A stretch of DNA of 64,000 nucleotides from Mytilus edulis (Eukaryota), in contig NC_092348.1 in the NCBI RefSeq assembly GCF_963676685.1, positions 81,034,001-81,098,000 on the forward strand, written 5' to 3'. A program made the translations under genes and the position numbers. The notes beneath the pieces were generated by a model. That model was not told the origin of the DNA. It ran no database searches and saw nothing but the letters and a program-made list of their open reading frames with translations. Below, one piece after another: positions 13,020 to 25,751 of the stretch (its first letter is position 1; each line of letters opens with the position of its first letter).

Positions 13020-14469
13020 TCTTGAATAGTGGCTTGACTGATCGGTTTGCCTCTGTGTCAGCTAATTTTGTGTCCTCTGTTTTATCTTCTCCGCAAACTG
13101 TTGTGCACGGGTTCTGCTATTTTTGGAGTATTTCTAAAATAAAAGACATACTATCATTCGCAAAACAGTCGTAAAGAACGTGCAATGTTCTTTGATTTTT
13201 CCATATCGAACTCACAGATAATAACTGAAGACCTTGAGATGACTTCCTAAACAAAGAACAGATCTGCATTTTAAAGGTATTCTTCCTTTACTAAGCAGAG
13301 TTCAGAACGACTGACAAACAAAAGTTACCCAAAAGTGTATATTCCTAAATATATTTAAAAAAAATACACAGTTAAAATATTTTGTATTTATCATAGTGTG
13401 CATAAAACATTGCTGATAAAAGTTAAAGAAATGTATATTGATATTTACAGAATAACTGTCTAAATACAGCATGTCATACAATGTAGAAGACAGCTGACCA
13501 GCTGAGATCATTACCTGTGTTCGATGGTAGCTTAATCTTTAGTGTTCTACGTGGTGAGTTGTAAACTAGCAGTTTTCTTTTAATCTTTTTCAATCTTTTT
13601 ACCATTAGGGTTTTTTTTTCGTTTTTTTTTTTACTTATGATTTTGAATAATACTTTGGTATCCTGGCATCTTTTACTATAAACCATAGTCATAATGCCTA
13701 AAATGGGAGCCACTTTAAAAACGTTAAAAAAGATATCTAAGAATGTTCAGTACTATTACAATTTGAAGATTAGATAAAATATCTTTCATTTTAAGTTTAA
13801 AAGGGGGTATGACAATCATGAATAGACACATATATTCTATATTGTAAGACTCACCCGCAAATTTAGAACTAATTAACATTTAATTTGTTAAAAAATATTG
13901 TATATTTTTAAGGTTCAAAATGTGAAATTCTTCAAGTAGCTTAAAAGTGATTAAAACTCACGAATGTCGCCAGCTGTTATCTTACATGTTTGTTATGTCG
14001 TGTTTAATGGTTTTTATCATTAAATGATATCGTGTAAATTGTAGACCTTTAAGTGTCTTTAGTTAAAGGTTATATCTTGACCTCTTGAGGTCATTCATTT
14101 AATGATTTTAATATTTTTGGTTAAGATGGGATCGACATATATGCGTTATGAAATGTATTCTTTTGTTTTAGGAATGACTGCAATACTAATATTGCTTATA
14201 TCTGCGAAGAAATAACATCATACACGTAGTGCACACTGTATAATCCGCACAATGTGTCATTTAAAAGAAGAGTGCACTATATTTGTTAGGTTATTTAAAG
14301 CATTACTTGTTGGGTTCGTGTTGCTAAGTCTTCAGTTTTCTATGTTTTGTCTTATGTACTATTGTCTGTTTGTCTTTTTTCTTTTTGTATTTGATTGCAT
14401 GTGCATATTAAATTTATTTCAAGAAAACACAATGCAAAAGACATTCAAACTATTATTTTTAACTAATAA

Positions 14470-15170
14470 TTCTTACATCATTTGCATATCTATAAATACT
14501 TGAATTGGATTGGTCAATTCGAATTTTGCTGTTGGTTTACACTTCGATAAACCATGTTTCCGAAACTACTTTCGTAATCTATTCATGCGCGATACACATT
14601 CTTGCGGGGATACTGGGATTTTCAGCAAATTGCGATTATAAAACAATTGCTTAACAGTTGTTTCTATTCTAATGCATATATAACCCAAAAAAAAGAAATA
14701 AAACAAATGCACTAAAGCTTCAAAAATGTATGAAAATAAAATTTACATAAAATTCCGCGAAATGTCATGGAGGATTTGCCGAATTTACGTCTTGGCATAA
14801 CACGACGTCATACGGGGGGAAAGATTATTTCGTTACGTTGACGCTTCAAATTCGGCTAATATTTAATTAAAATGAAGTTTTTGAGGGAGGTGCTATATTT
14901 CATTTTTGATTCTGATGCATTAATCGGACATTTATTGATTTTATAAAGTTAAGATGGCGGCGTACTCCTTAGTTGCGACAGGTCATTGTGCTTTGATGGC
15001 AAATATAGCAGCCATACAACAAATAATGTAAATTAATAATCGCGTATGTTTGGCTGAAGAACTAGAAGGATTAAACACATTTTTTCTAGATGTTATTGAT
15101 GTGTAAACCGGGTCTCTTACTCCCCGGTTTACACATCAATAACCTCTAGAAAAAATGTGTTTAATCCTAT
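14470..15170. mobile_element. Hairpin-ended non-autonomous element (terminal ~46-bp-arm palindrome at 15067-15168)
   Basis: AGGATTAAACAC...AACCGGG / CCCGGTT...TTAATCCT. The body shares motifs with 26170-26400. The left boundary is approximate. Confidence 0.55.
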
Positions 15171-18100
15171 ATTACATTGGTTGCAATGACTTACCGTGAT
15201 TTCCCAGTGTAATAAAAACTGATAATTTCACATGTGAAATTAACTCTGTCCTTTTATTCCTCAGATATCATACAACAATAGGCCTTGCAAAGACGTTGTC
15301 GATAACGTCGAATCAACGCAAATTGTGAATGCGTAGAAAACGATATAGGTCATTAAATTTTCTACTGTAATTCTATTTAAAAGCCCATTGTCAATGTTAT
15401 AAAAAGGAAAATTATTCAAAGAATTCAAATTTCAAAAAATATTCAACTCGTAACCGAACATCAATGCTAATTAACAGATGCTCAGCGCATTTGAATTCTT
15501 TTATAGTTACTTCTTATTCAAGAACAGTAATTATTCATTGAAAGGATTGATCAATTGACATTACAGATTATTTAGAAAAAGTATGATACCTTTTACTGCT
15601 CGTGGTCGTCCCTGTATTTGTGATTGTTTCTTGTCAACTAATATTTGTCTGTTTGTCTTTTTTTCATTTTTAGCAATTGTGTTGTCAGTTTATTTTCGAT
15701 TTATGAGTTTGTCTGTTCCCCTGGAATCTTCCGCCCCTCTTTTGGTCTTTGGAGGATATATGTCTCATTGGAAGTAATATCACATTTCCTTTTTTTATAT
15801 TAAGAAACCAAGGTTTTAAGCTTCTCAGACAAAGTTTACGGCCCTTTTCATTCGGTATGTTTTACATGCTCTGTTCGAATGCTTACAAGATATACGAAGA
15901 TCTGGTAAGAGCGCCAATAAGACAACTCTCCATCCAAGTAAAACATTATAAAAGTAAACAATTATAAGTCAAGTTTCGGCTTTCAACATGGTACCTTGGC
16001 ACACACCGAACAGCAAGCTATAAAGGGCTCCATATCTGACATAACTAGTTTTAAGCATTCCTTATGGATGTTAATCAAGAAATGCGCTTCAGGGATTTAA
16101 TTATGCAAATCACAAGAAGGACATACTTGCCTCATACCTTAGATATGAAAGACCAAATTTAAGAATTTTTTTTAGGTATGAAAATATACATTTTTTTCAT
16201 GTCTTCTGATCTTTTTTCATGGTTATCTCGGAAAACGAGTTGAAACATTTGAGCACACATCAGCCTGATTGACTCAGCAGTATTTGGTATAAAAAGAAGA
16301 TGTGGTATGACTGTCAATGAGACAACTCTTTACAGCAAACCAAATGACACAGAAATTAACAATATAGGTTAAGTTCATTTCCTGTATTATACAAATACAG
16401 ATACAGAGGTGAACAAACCATTTTACAATAAGTAACGAATATGTTACCAATGCGACTCCAAACTATTCAAATTGATCATTTTTCTTTATACCGGTTCATT
16501 CGTGAGATTCATAACAAACAAATAAAAAGTGAAAGACCAAGGACTTTTTGTCTTTTGGTATTTACTTGCTTTTATTGTTATCTCGGAAAAAAATGTCATA
16601 CAACAATAGGCCTTGCAAAGACGTTGTCAATAACGTCGAATCAACGAAATTGTGAATGCGTAGAAAACGATATAGTTCATTAAATCTCGGAAAAAAATGT
16701 TATATTCGTCATGACGCGCGTCTGGCGTATCAAATTATAAGCCTGGTACCTTTTATAACTATTTGAACCAAGTTTGATTTAGAGTGGAATATTTTCTTTT
16801 ACCAAATTTAAATACAGATAAAAAATATGAAATGCCACCCTCATTTGAAGTAAAGGAGAGACAATCCAGTCTATTATAACAGCAAAGGTTATTGAATAGC
16901 AAAACAAGGAAGAAAGGAAGGTTTATAAGGATACAATACGGGGAAATAATTTTGGAAAAACGAGAAGAAAAAATATGTGAATATGTAAATCATGAAATCT
17001 AACTTATAACCACATTCGTTACCCACGTCCCTCTCTGGAACAAAACACTCATGGATCTCCTCCCGTGAACAATCAGTTATCTGTTATATATCTATAAAAC
17101 AGTTCCTTGCTTTTAAGTCTCAAGAAAAAAATAAAACGTTCATAGAGGTCATTATTATTTAAACTGATTAAGCAGAGACGCACTGACTTGAAACAAATAT
17201 TACAACATTCCACACCACACTAAATTATTTCTTCTAACCTTTTACCGGTGTATTCAAATTTGTATTTGTTTGTCATTGTTTGCACCATATGTAAAAATTT
17301 TAAACCGCGAGTTAACCATGAAATACATGTCTTACCTGATTTTGATGTGTTTACATACTTATGATCTGGAATTAATCTTTATCATTAAAGTCGAATCTTA
17401 AACAGTTATTAAGTTAAACAATGCATACACGCTACTTGAAGATTTCAGGGATTTCCACAGATTTTTATTGTTACCTTCATTTTTTCCTTTCCTTCGGTTT
17501 AAGAGATTTAAACATCGGGTTATAACAATTACCCAACTGTAATAGATATTTGTAATGTGCTTATTCAAAAGATTTTACATCCGCTTAGATACAGGGGTAT
17601 CGATATTGAATTTGTTATAGTTTGCACAAATATTTTTTTCTATTTTTATACCACAGACAAAACCTAACTATTCTGATACATCCCTTCATTTCATATCCTT
17701 TAAAAAATCTGGTATATAATCTTTCTGTGCTGAAAGTTATAAAGGAAATGATACTTTATGTTATATACTATCTTTCGAAGGAAACATGTCTATGGAAAGT
17801 CCTAGACTAAGCACCTACAATCTGCGTTAGTGCCAAATCTTACTTTGAAGATTTACTGGGTTTCTATAAAAATCAAATTTAAATATGTATTTTTGAAAGT
17901 ATAGCATGTATATCTTTTGTTAAAAAAATGTTTAAATTAAATGAAAATCTGTGTATTTGCATGTTGTTGGGTTTTTTTTCTTCTTCCATTTTTTATTGTT
18001 TTTATACACATGGTTGTTTGTTTTGTCTTGTTTACATTTACCAAAAAGATTTAATTTTGTTATTCACTACGCCAAAGATGACTCTTAACAGACGAAACGC

Positions 18101-21100
18101 GCGTCTGGCGCACCAAATGATACTTTTTATTGTTTTTGATAAATTCGTGTGACGCTCAGTTTGTTATTCTATTATGTTGTTTTTTTGTACTAACGTTAAT
18201 TATTTATAGGTGTTCGTTGTTATTTTGTGGTTAACATGTGAAAATGTACTATTACAATATTTAGCAATGTATTTCTTTGTCATGAGTGTTCTTGTATTCA
18301 ATTTGTATTGTATTCCTGTAATTTAATATTGTCATTTAGCGCGGGGTTTGGCTAGCCATAAAACCAAGTTCAACACACCATTTATTTTTAAATTTCCTGC
18401 ACTAAGTCAGGAACATGATAGTTGTTATCGATAAGTTTGTTTCTATGTATGTTTAATTGGCGTTTGTTTTTGTTGCATCCATGCACATATCCTCTTATAG
18501 TTGATGTGTTTCCCTCTGTTTTAGTTTGTAACCCAAATTTGTTTTCTCTCAATCGATTCATGACTTTTGAACAGCGATATACTACTGTTGCCTTTATTTA
18601 TATCTACTTTACCGATGACACTGCTGATGGACATTTCTTCCTCTAGACTATCATAGTTGACATGTACTCTAGTGTTCCTTGCAAAATCATCGAGACGTAC
18701 TTTTTATATAATTTTGTTGTGTATATAAAATATTGAATGTTTGGAAACACTAATATTTTCTACACCTTTTCCCACATTGTTTTACACTTAGCTTGTAAAG
18801 CCCAACGTTTAAAAAATGTTCGATATTTTCGTGGTCTTTTTAGCCTTTAAAATGCCTTAATGCTAGAGCCACTTTTAGTTTTTATGCAGAAAAAACGTTC
18901 ATTTGAATTAAATATTTAAAAGCCCTGCATCATAAATGAGTTTTTATTTTGAAAAATATTATTTCAATTTCTTCAATATTAAGACTCCTTTTATGTACAG
19001 ATTCTTACATCTCCCAATCAAAATAATGTATACATGCACATTTGATAATATAGCCACATAAACTATGCGGCACTTGATTGTTATTTTATTTTGGTAGGGT
19101 TGTTGTCTGTTTGATACGTTTCCTGTTTCCATTCTCAATTTTAAATAGAGTTACCAGGTAATCAAAGTAAAATAGCACTAGCTACTCATTATATAAATCT
19201 TTAGAATATAGTCACTTTATGTATATAGTGTTGTCCGGTATGATACTGTTCTTCGAGTATATTCATGTTGATCTGATATTTTCACGAATATATGATGTTC
19301 ATATTTTTTGGTAAGACGTGGTACACAAAAGTAACAAAGGAAATGCATGCATATAATATGTATATCCCTAGATTTAGACGTTGAAATTACCAATACTATT
19401 GCATAAATAAGATAAATTTTAAAATGAACTAATTTTTATATGACAAGGTTTTTGTCAAAAGCAGTCCAGGTTTTTCGAGTATTGTAAATGTTATATAGAG
19501 GGATAAAACAGAAGTTGTATGTGTTAAAATGTTGTCTTTAAAAGTATATTACGGTTTGAAAATACTAAACAAGTTCAAAGACATTAAACACGTTTGTTTA
19601 TGCTGTAGTATCATATTGTATAAACATACATCTAGCTAATGTAGTGTAACGAAATAGGGGTCCCTTGAAATGGAACTTGTTTCCCTAAAATTGTGTGATG
19701 ATGTTGTTGAAACCTTACCGTTAATTGACTGTTCCTATTATATATTTCTTGTGTAACTATGTTTGTTACTTTTTATTATTCTTGTCTATGCTTTTACAAT
19801 CGTAACACTTCTGAATTGTTTACTTTAAATGACGTACAGCACAATGACGTCATAACCTATTTTTTGTTATAACGTCAGCTCTGGATTTGGTAATTTAGGT
19901 GAATGGTAAGCCAAAATGGTAAAAGGTAAACCAAATCGGTAGATTGGTTTACCTAAGTATAAATACGGCGGAGAAAACTGATAAGACTTCAGTACGACTT
20001 TACCCTGGGACAGTAAAACACGCTAATTCCAAGCGATTTAAATATACATGTACCGAAACCGATTACCAGCCGAAGTAGTAACCAGACTATTTCCATATAA
20101 TGTGGGCTTGTTAGTTCCTTAACAAGTTGCATTTAGAGAATAACTTCTCGAGAGAAACATTATCATTTGACATTGAATTTGATTTACCATTTGCCGATTA
20201 CCAGACTTTAGTTTGTAAACTTTCGGGGTATATTTATAATCCGCTATCCATTTTCTTTAATTCACGATATTCTAAGGTTTATAAAGTATTTATTTGTTAG
20301 ACTAGAATAATGCTGAGAGATATACTATTTGTATGAATTGTTGATATTTAATGCATCTTAAAGTAAATATAAGTTGATTTTTATTTAACGAGTCTGTTAT
20401 TCTTACAAAAACCTTAATGGAACCAAACTAAAATATACATGGATACCACAAAGTACCACAAAAACTTATACAGAACCATCCTCAGATCTACAAGAATATC
20501 ACAGAGTACCACGCTACCAGAGTACCACGCTACCAAAGAAGGGTCGCTAGTTATAACTATAGTTCATATATATACTTATACATTGTTATAAAACACATTA
20601 TTATAGCAACACACTAAGGGTTATACATTTATAGTTTAATACCAAAGCCTGACCGCTCGGTTTTCGTTATAGTGGTAGCAGTGGAGGCACGTACCTGCAT
20701 TTTTATATTCTTACAATAAGTTTAATAATATTTAAGATAAGGCATCAATAAATATAAGAAGAATAGATAGTGCGGTAAATAAATTTAAAACACCTAGGTT
20801 TACTGCCCAGGGTAGACCAGTGCTCCCCAGATCTCGGTCCTGTGAAATATTCCATGATCTGACGACGACCGGAGAGATAAGCATAAGAGTGAACCAAGAT
20901 CAATGGCCCGCACAAGAGAATACAGATAGATACAAAAAGGATGGTATATATCATACTGACAAAAAGCCATTGCCAGGAGGTCTATCACCATCAACGAAAG
21001 TCATTGACCAAGTGAAAAATAAGGAAGTTTCAAATAGGGCAGTGGTTGTGCATTTGGAAACAAATGCGTCGTGGCCGGTAAAACAGAATCTTGGTGAAGA

Positions 21101-21479
21101 GTCAAGCGCTTTTTATAACCATGCTACCAGGTCTAGGTATGTGTATCAGAGTCAGAAAACAGAGGGTTCTACTATAGCAGAGGGTACTGATGAGGCAAAG
21201 GGTTCTGCTGAGGGAGTTTCTGGGAATACAAGACGGGTCCCGACGTCTTGTGAATCCAGATGGGATTCGGGAAATTAACCTAGGCCTTTGGACCGGGGCT
21301 TACTGCATAATATGGGGAAACGTACCAAGCATTACCTTTGACGTCCCGCGGACGATTTAGAGTTGGGGTTAACGGGACCGACCATAAACACCGTACTGAT
21401 GAAATGACCAGTAATTTTAATTATTCTGGTATTATAAATAAACCAAATGTTGCGCGTGATTAAGAAATAAACTTACAAA

Positions 21480-22400
21480 ATACAAACTGCTACAAAAAGA
21501 AACCAAGACTTTATGATTGGGAGGGTAAAGGGGAAGACTATTTAGTTCAGTTTGAATTAATTGCAGCAATTAATCAATGGTCTGACCTAGAGAAAGCTTT
21601 AGAATTAGCTACTAGCTTAAGAGGTACCGCCCAAAGTATTTTAACCAATTTAAGACCAGAGATGCGGACCAATTTGTACAACTGACTGCTGCTTTAACAT
21701 GACGTTTTCAACCAGAAAACATAGCAGAAATGTACAGGGCGCAAATTAAAAGTAAAATACGCGGACGCACGGAACAAATACCTGTATTAGGCCAAGACAT
21801 AAAACGTCAAGTAATATTAGCGTATCCATCAGCTCCAATGGCGGGTAACAAAGAACTTTCAGCCAGTGATTGTTTTATTGATTCCCTTCATGATGCCGAC
21901 ATGGAATGGGCTATTTTCCAGTCCAAAGCAAAAAATATTGATAACGCGTAAATGAATATGATAATAGGGAAATGTATTTGTCTGAACAAGTCGATGACAT
22001 TTCAGGTCGTCTTTCAAAAATGCCGTATAACAGAACTAACAACTTTAATCCAAGAAAGTGACAGGCCAAATGACTTGTCGGGGATTCTATAATTAGCTGA
22101 AACTGAGTACTAAATTTTAGCTGAGACTAATTATGATTTGGAACACACCAATCATTTTGTAAAATTGAGTCAGATACATATATTCTGATAGTTTATATAT
22201 CATTGTTAATGTTTTTGACATGAAATTAATTAAGTTGATTGATACCAAGTCCATTGTTAGTGTTTTTTGTTTGTTATTCATCCATGAATAATACCATGTC
22301 CAAGATTGTGAAGACAGTGTTAACCAATGCACGTAGTGGTTTACCCCTGGCTAAAGGAAACTTAGTTATGCCGATGGGGACTGCTGTATTACCAACGCAG
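21480..22400 (+). pseudogene. Degenerate gag (PKTYD...DYLVQFELIAAINQWSDLEKALELATSLRGTAQSIL; MYRAQIKSKIRGRTEQIPVLGQDIKRQVILAYP) and protease remnant (LIDTKS)
   Basis: Gypsy gag-like motifs interrupted by stops and frameshifts, located inside the LTR element. Confidence 0.75.
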
Positions 22401-23701
22401 TCTAATAAATACTGGGTATAGTGTCTCATTGTTGTAGATATAGATAAACTTGTATCAATGATTATTGAGTTTGAGTTTTAAAGATAAAAGTCCATGTATA
22501 TATTTGATAAGGGAAAGAGTTTTTTTTTAAGTAAATGTCAAGTCAATTCATTTCCGATTTTTATTCATATTATTTACATTTGTTGATTGTTGTGTAATAT
22601 GTAACTTATTGTCAGGAAATTCAATTGTAAAATTTTGTTTTTTGAAAGTTTGTCCCGCGGAGAATATTTGATGATGCTCTATAAACATTTGTCAAAATAC
22701 ACAGAATTAGTTCCGATTTAAAAACTTTCATTATGCGAAGAAGATGTGATGGTGCTTTATGAATATTCGGCAAGTAAAGAAGATATGTCAGTGCTCTATA
22801 AACATTAATCAAAATAAACAGAACTTGTGTTTTATGAACAATCGTTACGAGAAAAAAGAGATGGTGGTACTATAAGAACATTTTCAAGAATTTAGGATGA
22901 TAAAGAACAAGTGCGGAATTCAAACTTTGCGTGAAGACGTATACATGTATATACTTATGACGTATTTGAACAATGAACATACAGAAGATTGTATTATATT
23001 TGATCAAATATTGTTTTATAATTTTGAATATGTGTGTTATAGAATGTTTTAATGAAAGATATGGGAGAACTTGTTTTAAATTTTAGGGAAAGTCTATTCA
23101 TATTTGGGAACAAACATTATTTTTCAAAGGTGGGGAGAGTGTAACGAAATGGAGGTCCCTTGAAATGGAACTAAAATCGTGTGTTAAAACCTTGCCGTTA
23201 ATTGACTGTTCCTATTATATATTTTTTGTGTAACTATGTTTGTTACCTTTTATTATTCTTGTCTATGTTTTTACAATCGGAACACCTGTGAATTGTTTAC
23301 TTTAAATGACGTACAACACAATGATGTCATAAACTATTTTTGTTATGACGTCTGCTCTGGATTTGGTAATTTAGGTGAATGGTAAGGCAAAATGGTTAAA
23401 GGTAAACTAAATTGGAAGATTGGTTTACCTTAGTATAAATACGGCGGAGAAAACTGATAAGACTTCAGTACGACTTTACCCTAGGCAAGTAACACACGCT
23501 AATTCCAAGCAATTTACCTATACATGTACCGAAACCATTTACCAGACTAAGTAGTAACCAGACTATTTCCGTATAATGTAGGCATGTTAGTTCGTTAACA
23601 AGTTGCATTTAGAGAATAAATTCTCGAGAGAAATCTTATCTTTGACATTGAATTTGATTTACTATTTGCCGATTACCAGACTATAGTTCTTAAACTTACG
23701 G

Positions 23702-23704
<3 letters not shown>

Positions 23705-23741
<37 letters not shown>

Positions 23742-23968
23742 TCTATAAAAACGACCAACCAGCAAATTTACTATGTACCGGATCGTCTAGAATAGGCGAT
23801 ACTATGCAGATAAGGAAAAAATTATATCAGTCTAAAGATTTGCACAACGGTACTGATATAAGATGTTATAATACGAAAATGTTGTTATTTAACAACATTT
23901 TCGTATTATAACATCTTATATCAGTACCGTTGTGCAAATCTTTAGACTGATATATATATATATATATA
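23705..23968. repeat. Insertion in the 3' LTR: (TA)n-flanked segment ending in a perfect ~65-bp-arm palindrome (23823-23954)
   Basis: Absent from the 5' LTR at the equivalent GGGGTATA..TCCGCTATCC site. Confidence 0.85.
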
Positions 23969-25751
23969 TTTCCGCTATCCATTTTCTTTAATTCACGATA
24001 TTTTAAGTTTAATAAAGTATTTATTTGTTAGACTAGAATACTGCTGAGAGATATACTATTTGTATGAATTGTTGATACTTAATGCATCTTAAAGTAAATA
24101 CAAGTTGATTTTTATTTAATGAGTCTGTTATTCATACAATAACCTAAATGGAACCAAACTTAGATCTATCGGAATACCACAAAGTACCACAAAACCTATC
24201 CAGAACAATCCTTAGATCTACTAGAATACCACAAAGTACCACGATACCAGAGTACCACGCTATTAAAGAAGGGTCGCCAGTTATAACTTTAGTTCATATA
24301 TATACTTATATATTGTTATAAAACACATATATACTCTTAGGGTTACACATTTATAGTTTATTACCAAAGCGTGACCGCTCGGTTTTTGTTACAGTATATC
24401 GATTCAAACAGATACTTCTTGATGTAAATCATTCCTTTTTTATATTTCAAAGGCATCATTTTCAGGCATATGTTATATATATTCCATTGTTTATAATATA
24501 TTCCATTCAATTCAAATGTCATTCAAGATTACGTACATCTTCTTTTTATACATTTACTCCTTCGAATTTACAACCACTTGACATCACTGCCATTTTCATG
24601 ATCCAAGTCATTCTTGCTTGCTTTGCTGTTATATATGAGTTTTTTTAATAGTAGTAAAATGCATACTATTTATATCAGGAGGTACTAAATTCAAAGTAGG
24701 AAAAGCTACTTTGATTGCCTTCATGTAAATGGTGAACTGATTGTATTTGCGTGAACTAATGCTTTTGACAATATTCGACTGTATTTGCGGGGACAAACGC
24801 TTTTTTACCAATATTCGACAAGCATTGGTGAAATTCATTTTTTATTTAAAAGATGAAAAATTAGTATAGAATATCCTTGGTTCATCATGTATCATTGTTG
24901 TTTTACTAAGATTTTTTGTATCCTATTCTGACATCGGACACCGACTTCTTTTAAACCTAGTTTTAACTGTGCGAATTGCTATGTGTTTCTTAATTCCATA
25001 TTTGCTAGATGTATAGGGAGAAGGTTGAGATCTCACAAAACGTGTTTAAACTTGTCGCATTTTTGTCCCAAGTAAGGAGCCTCTGTCCTTAGTTAGTCTT
25101 TTAAGTTTTTTAATTTCATTTCATGTATATGTTATGGAGTTTGTGTGACGTCCATTTTCATTGAACTAGTACACAATTTTATTTAGGGGACAGCTGAGGA
25201 CCGCCTTCTGGTGTGGGATTTTCACGTTTCGTTTTAGACCTTTTTTGGGGCTTCGGCTGTTGTCTGCTCTTTCGTTGGGTTGTTTCTCTCGTTGACATAT
25301 TCCCCATTTCCATTCTCAATTTTAACGAATATGCATGCTGATTTTCATAACCTTAACGAAAACTATAATACATGGATATAAAACTTTGAAATAAACATAT
25401 TTGAATCTTTTAATATGCAAGTCAAATATATATGAACACAGAACGCAAGCATAAGTAGAAACTGCATAACATTTAGTAACATGTATGCAACCACTCATAA
25501 GTTTTCATTTACAAAACAATACTAAACTACAACAGCTACTCCCCTAAGCCAGAGTTTTGGAAAGATATGATTTAAATGATGCAACACATTGATATTTTAT
25601 TGTTCACATTATGACGTACAGATCCTCTTCATGTTCTATCAATTGATAATGCTTTAAAAAGAACATTTCAGTTACTTCACACACAAATCTTATGGACGTT
25701 TACCAAGAAACAATTGGCATATGAGCTGACATCGGTATCATTTATATTATA

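Larger units (their letters stand above)
19645..24393 (+). mobile_element. Internally deleted Ty3/Gypsy-type LTR retrotransposon (LTRs 19645-20671 and 23140-24393)
   Basis: ~1-kb direct repeats running TGTAAC...GTTA(C/T)A. PBS TGGTAGCAGTGGA (tRNA-iMet-like) at 20673 and PPT AAAGGTGGGGAGAG at 23126-23139. Flanks read GTAG/GTAT. Gag and protease remnants are present; no RT or integrase was seen. Confidence 0.88.

Noticed and set aside
20820-21278. 152-aa ORF as a host gene
   Set aside because: It lies between the PBS and gag of the LTR element, has a non-ATG start and is probably the decayed gag N-terminus.
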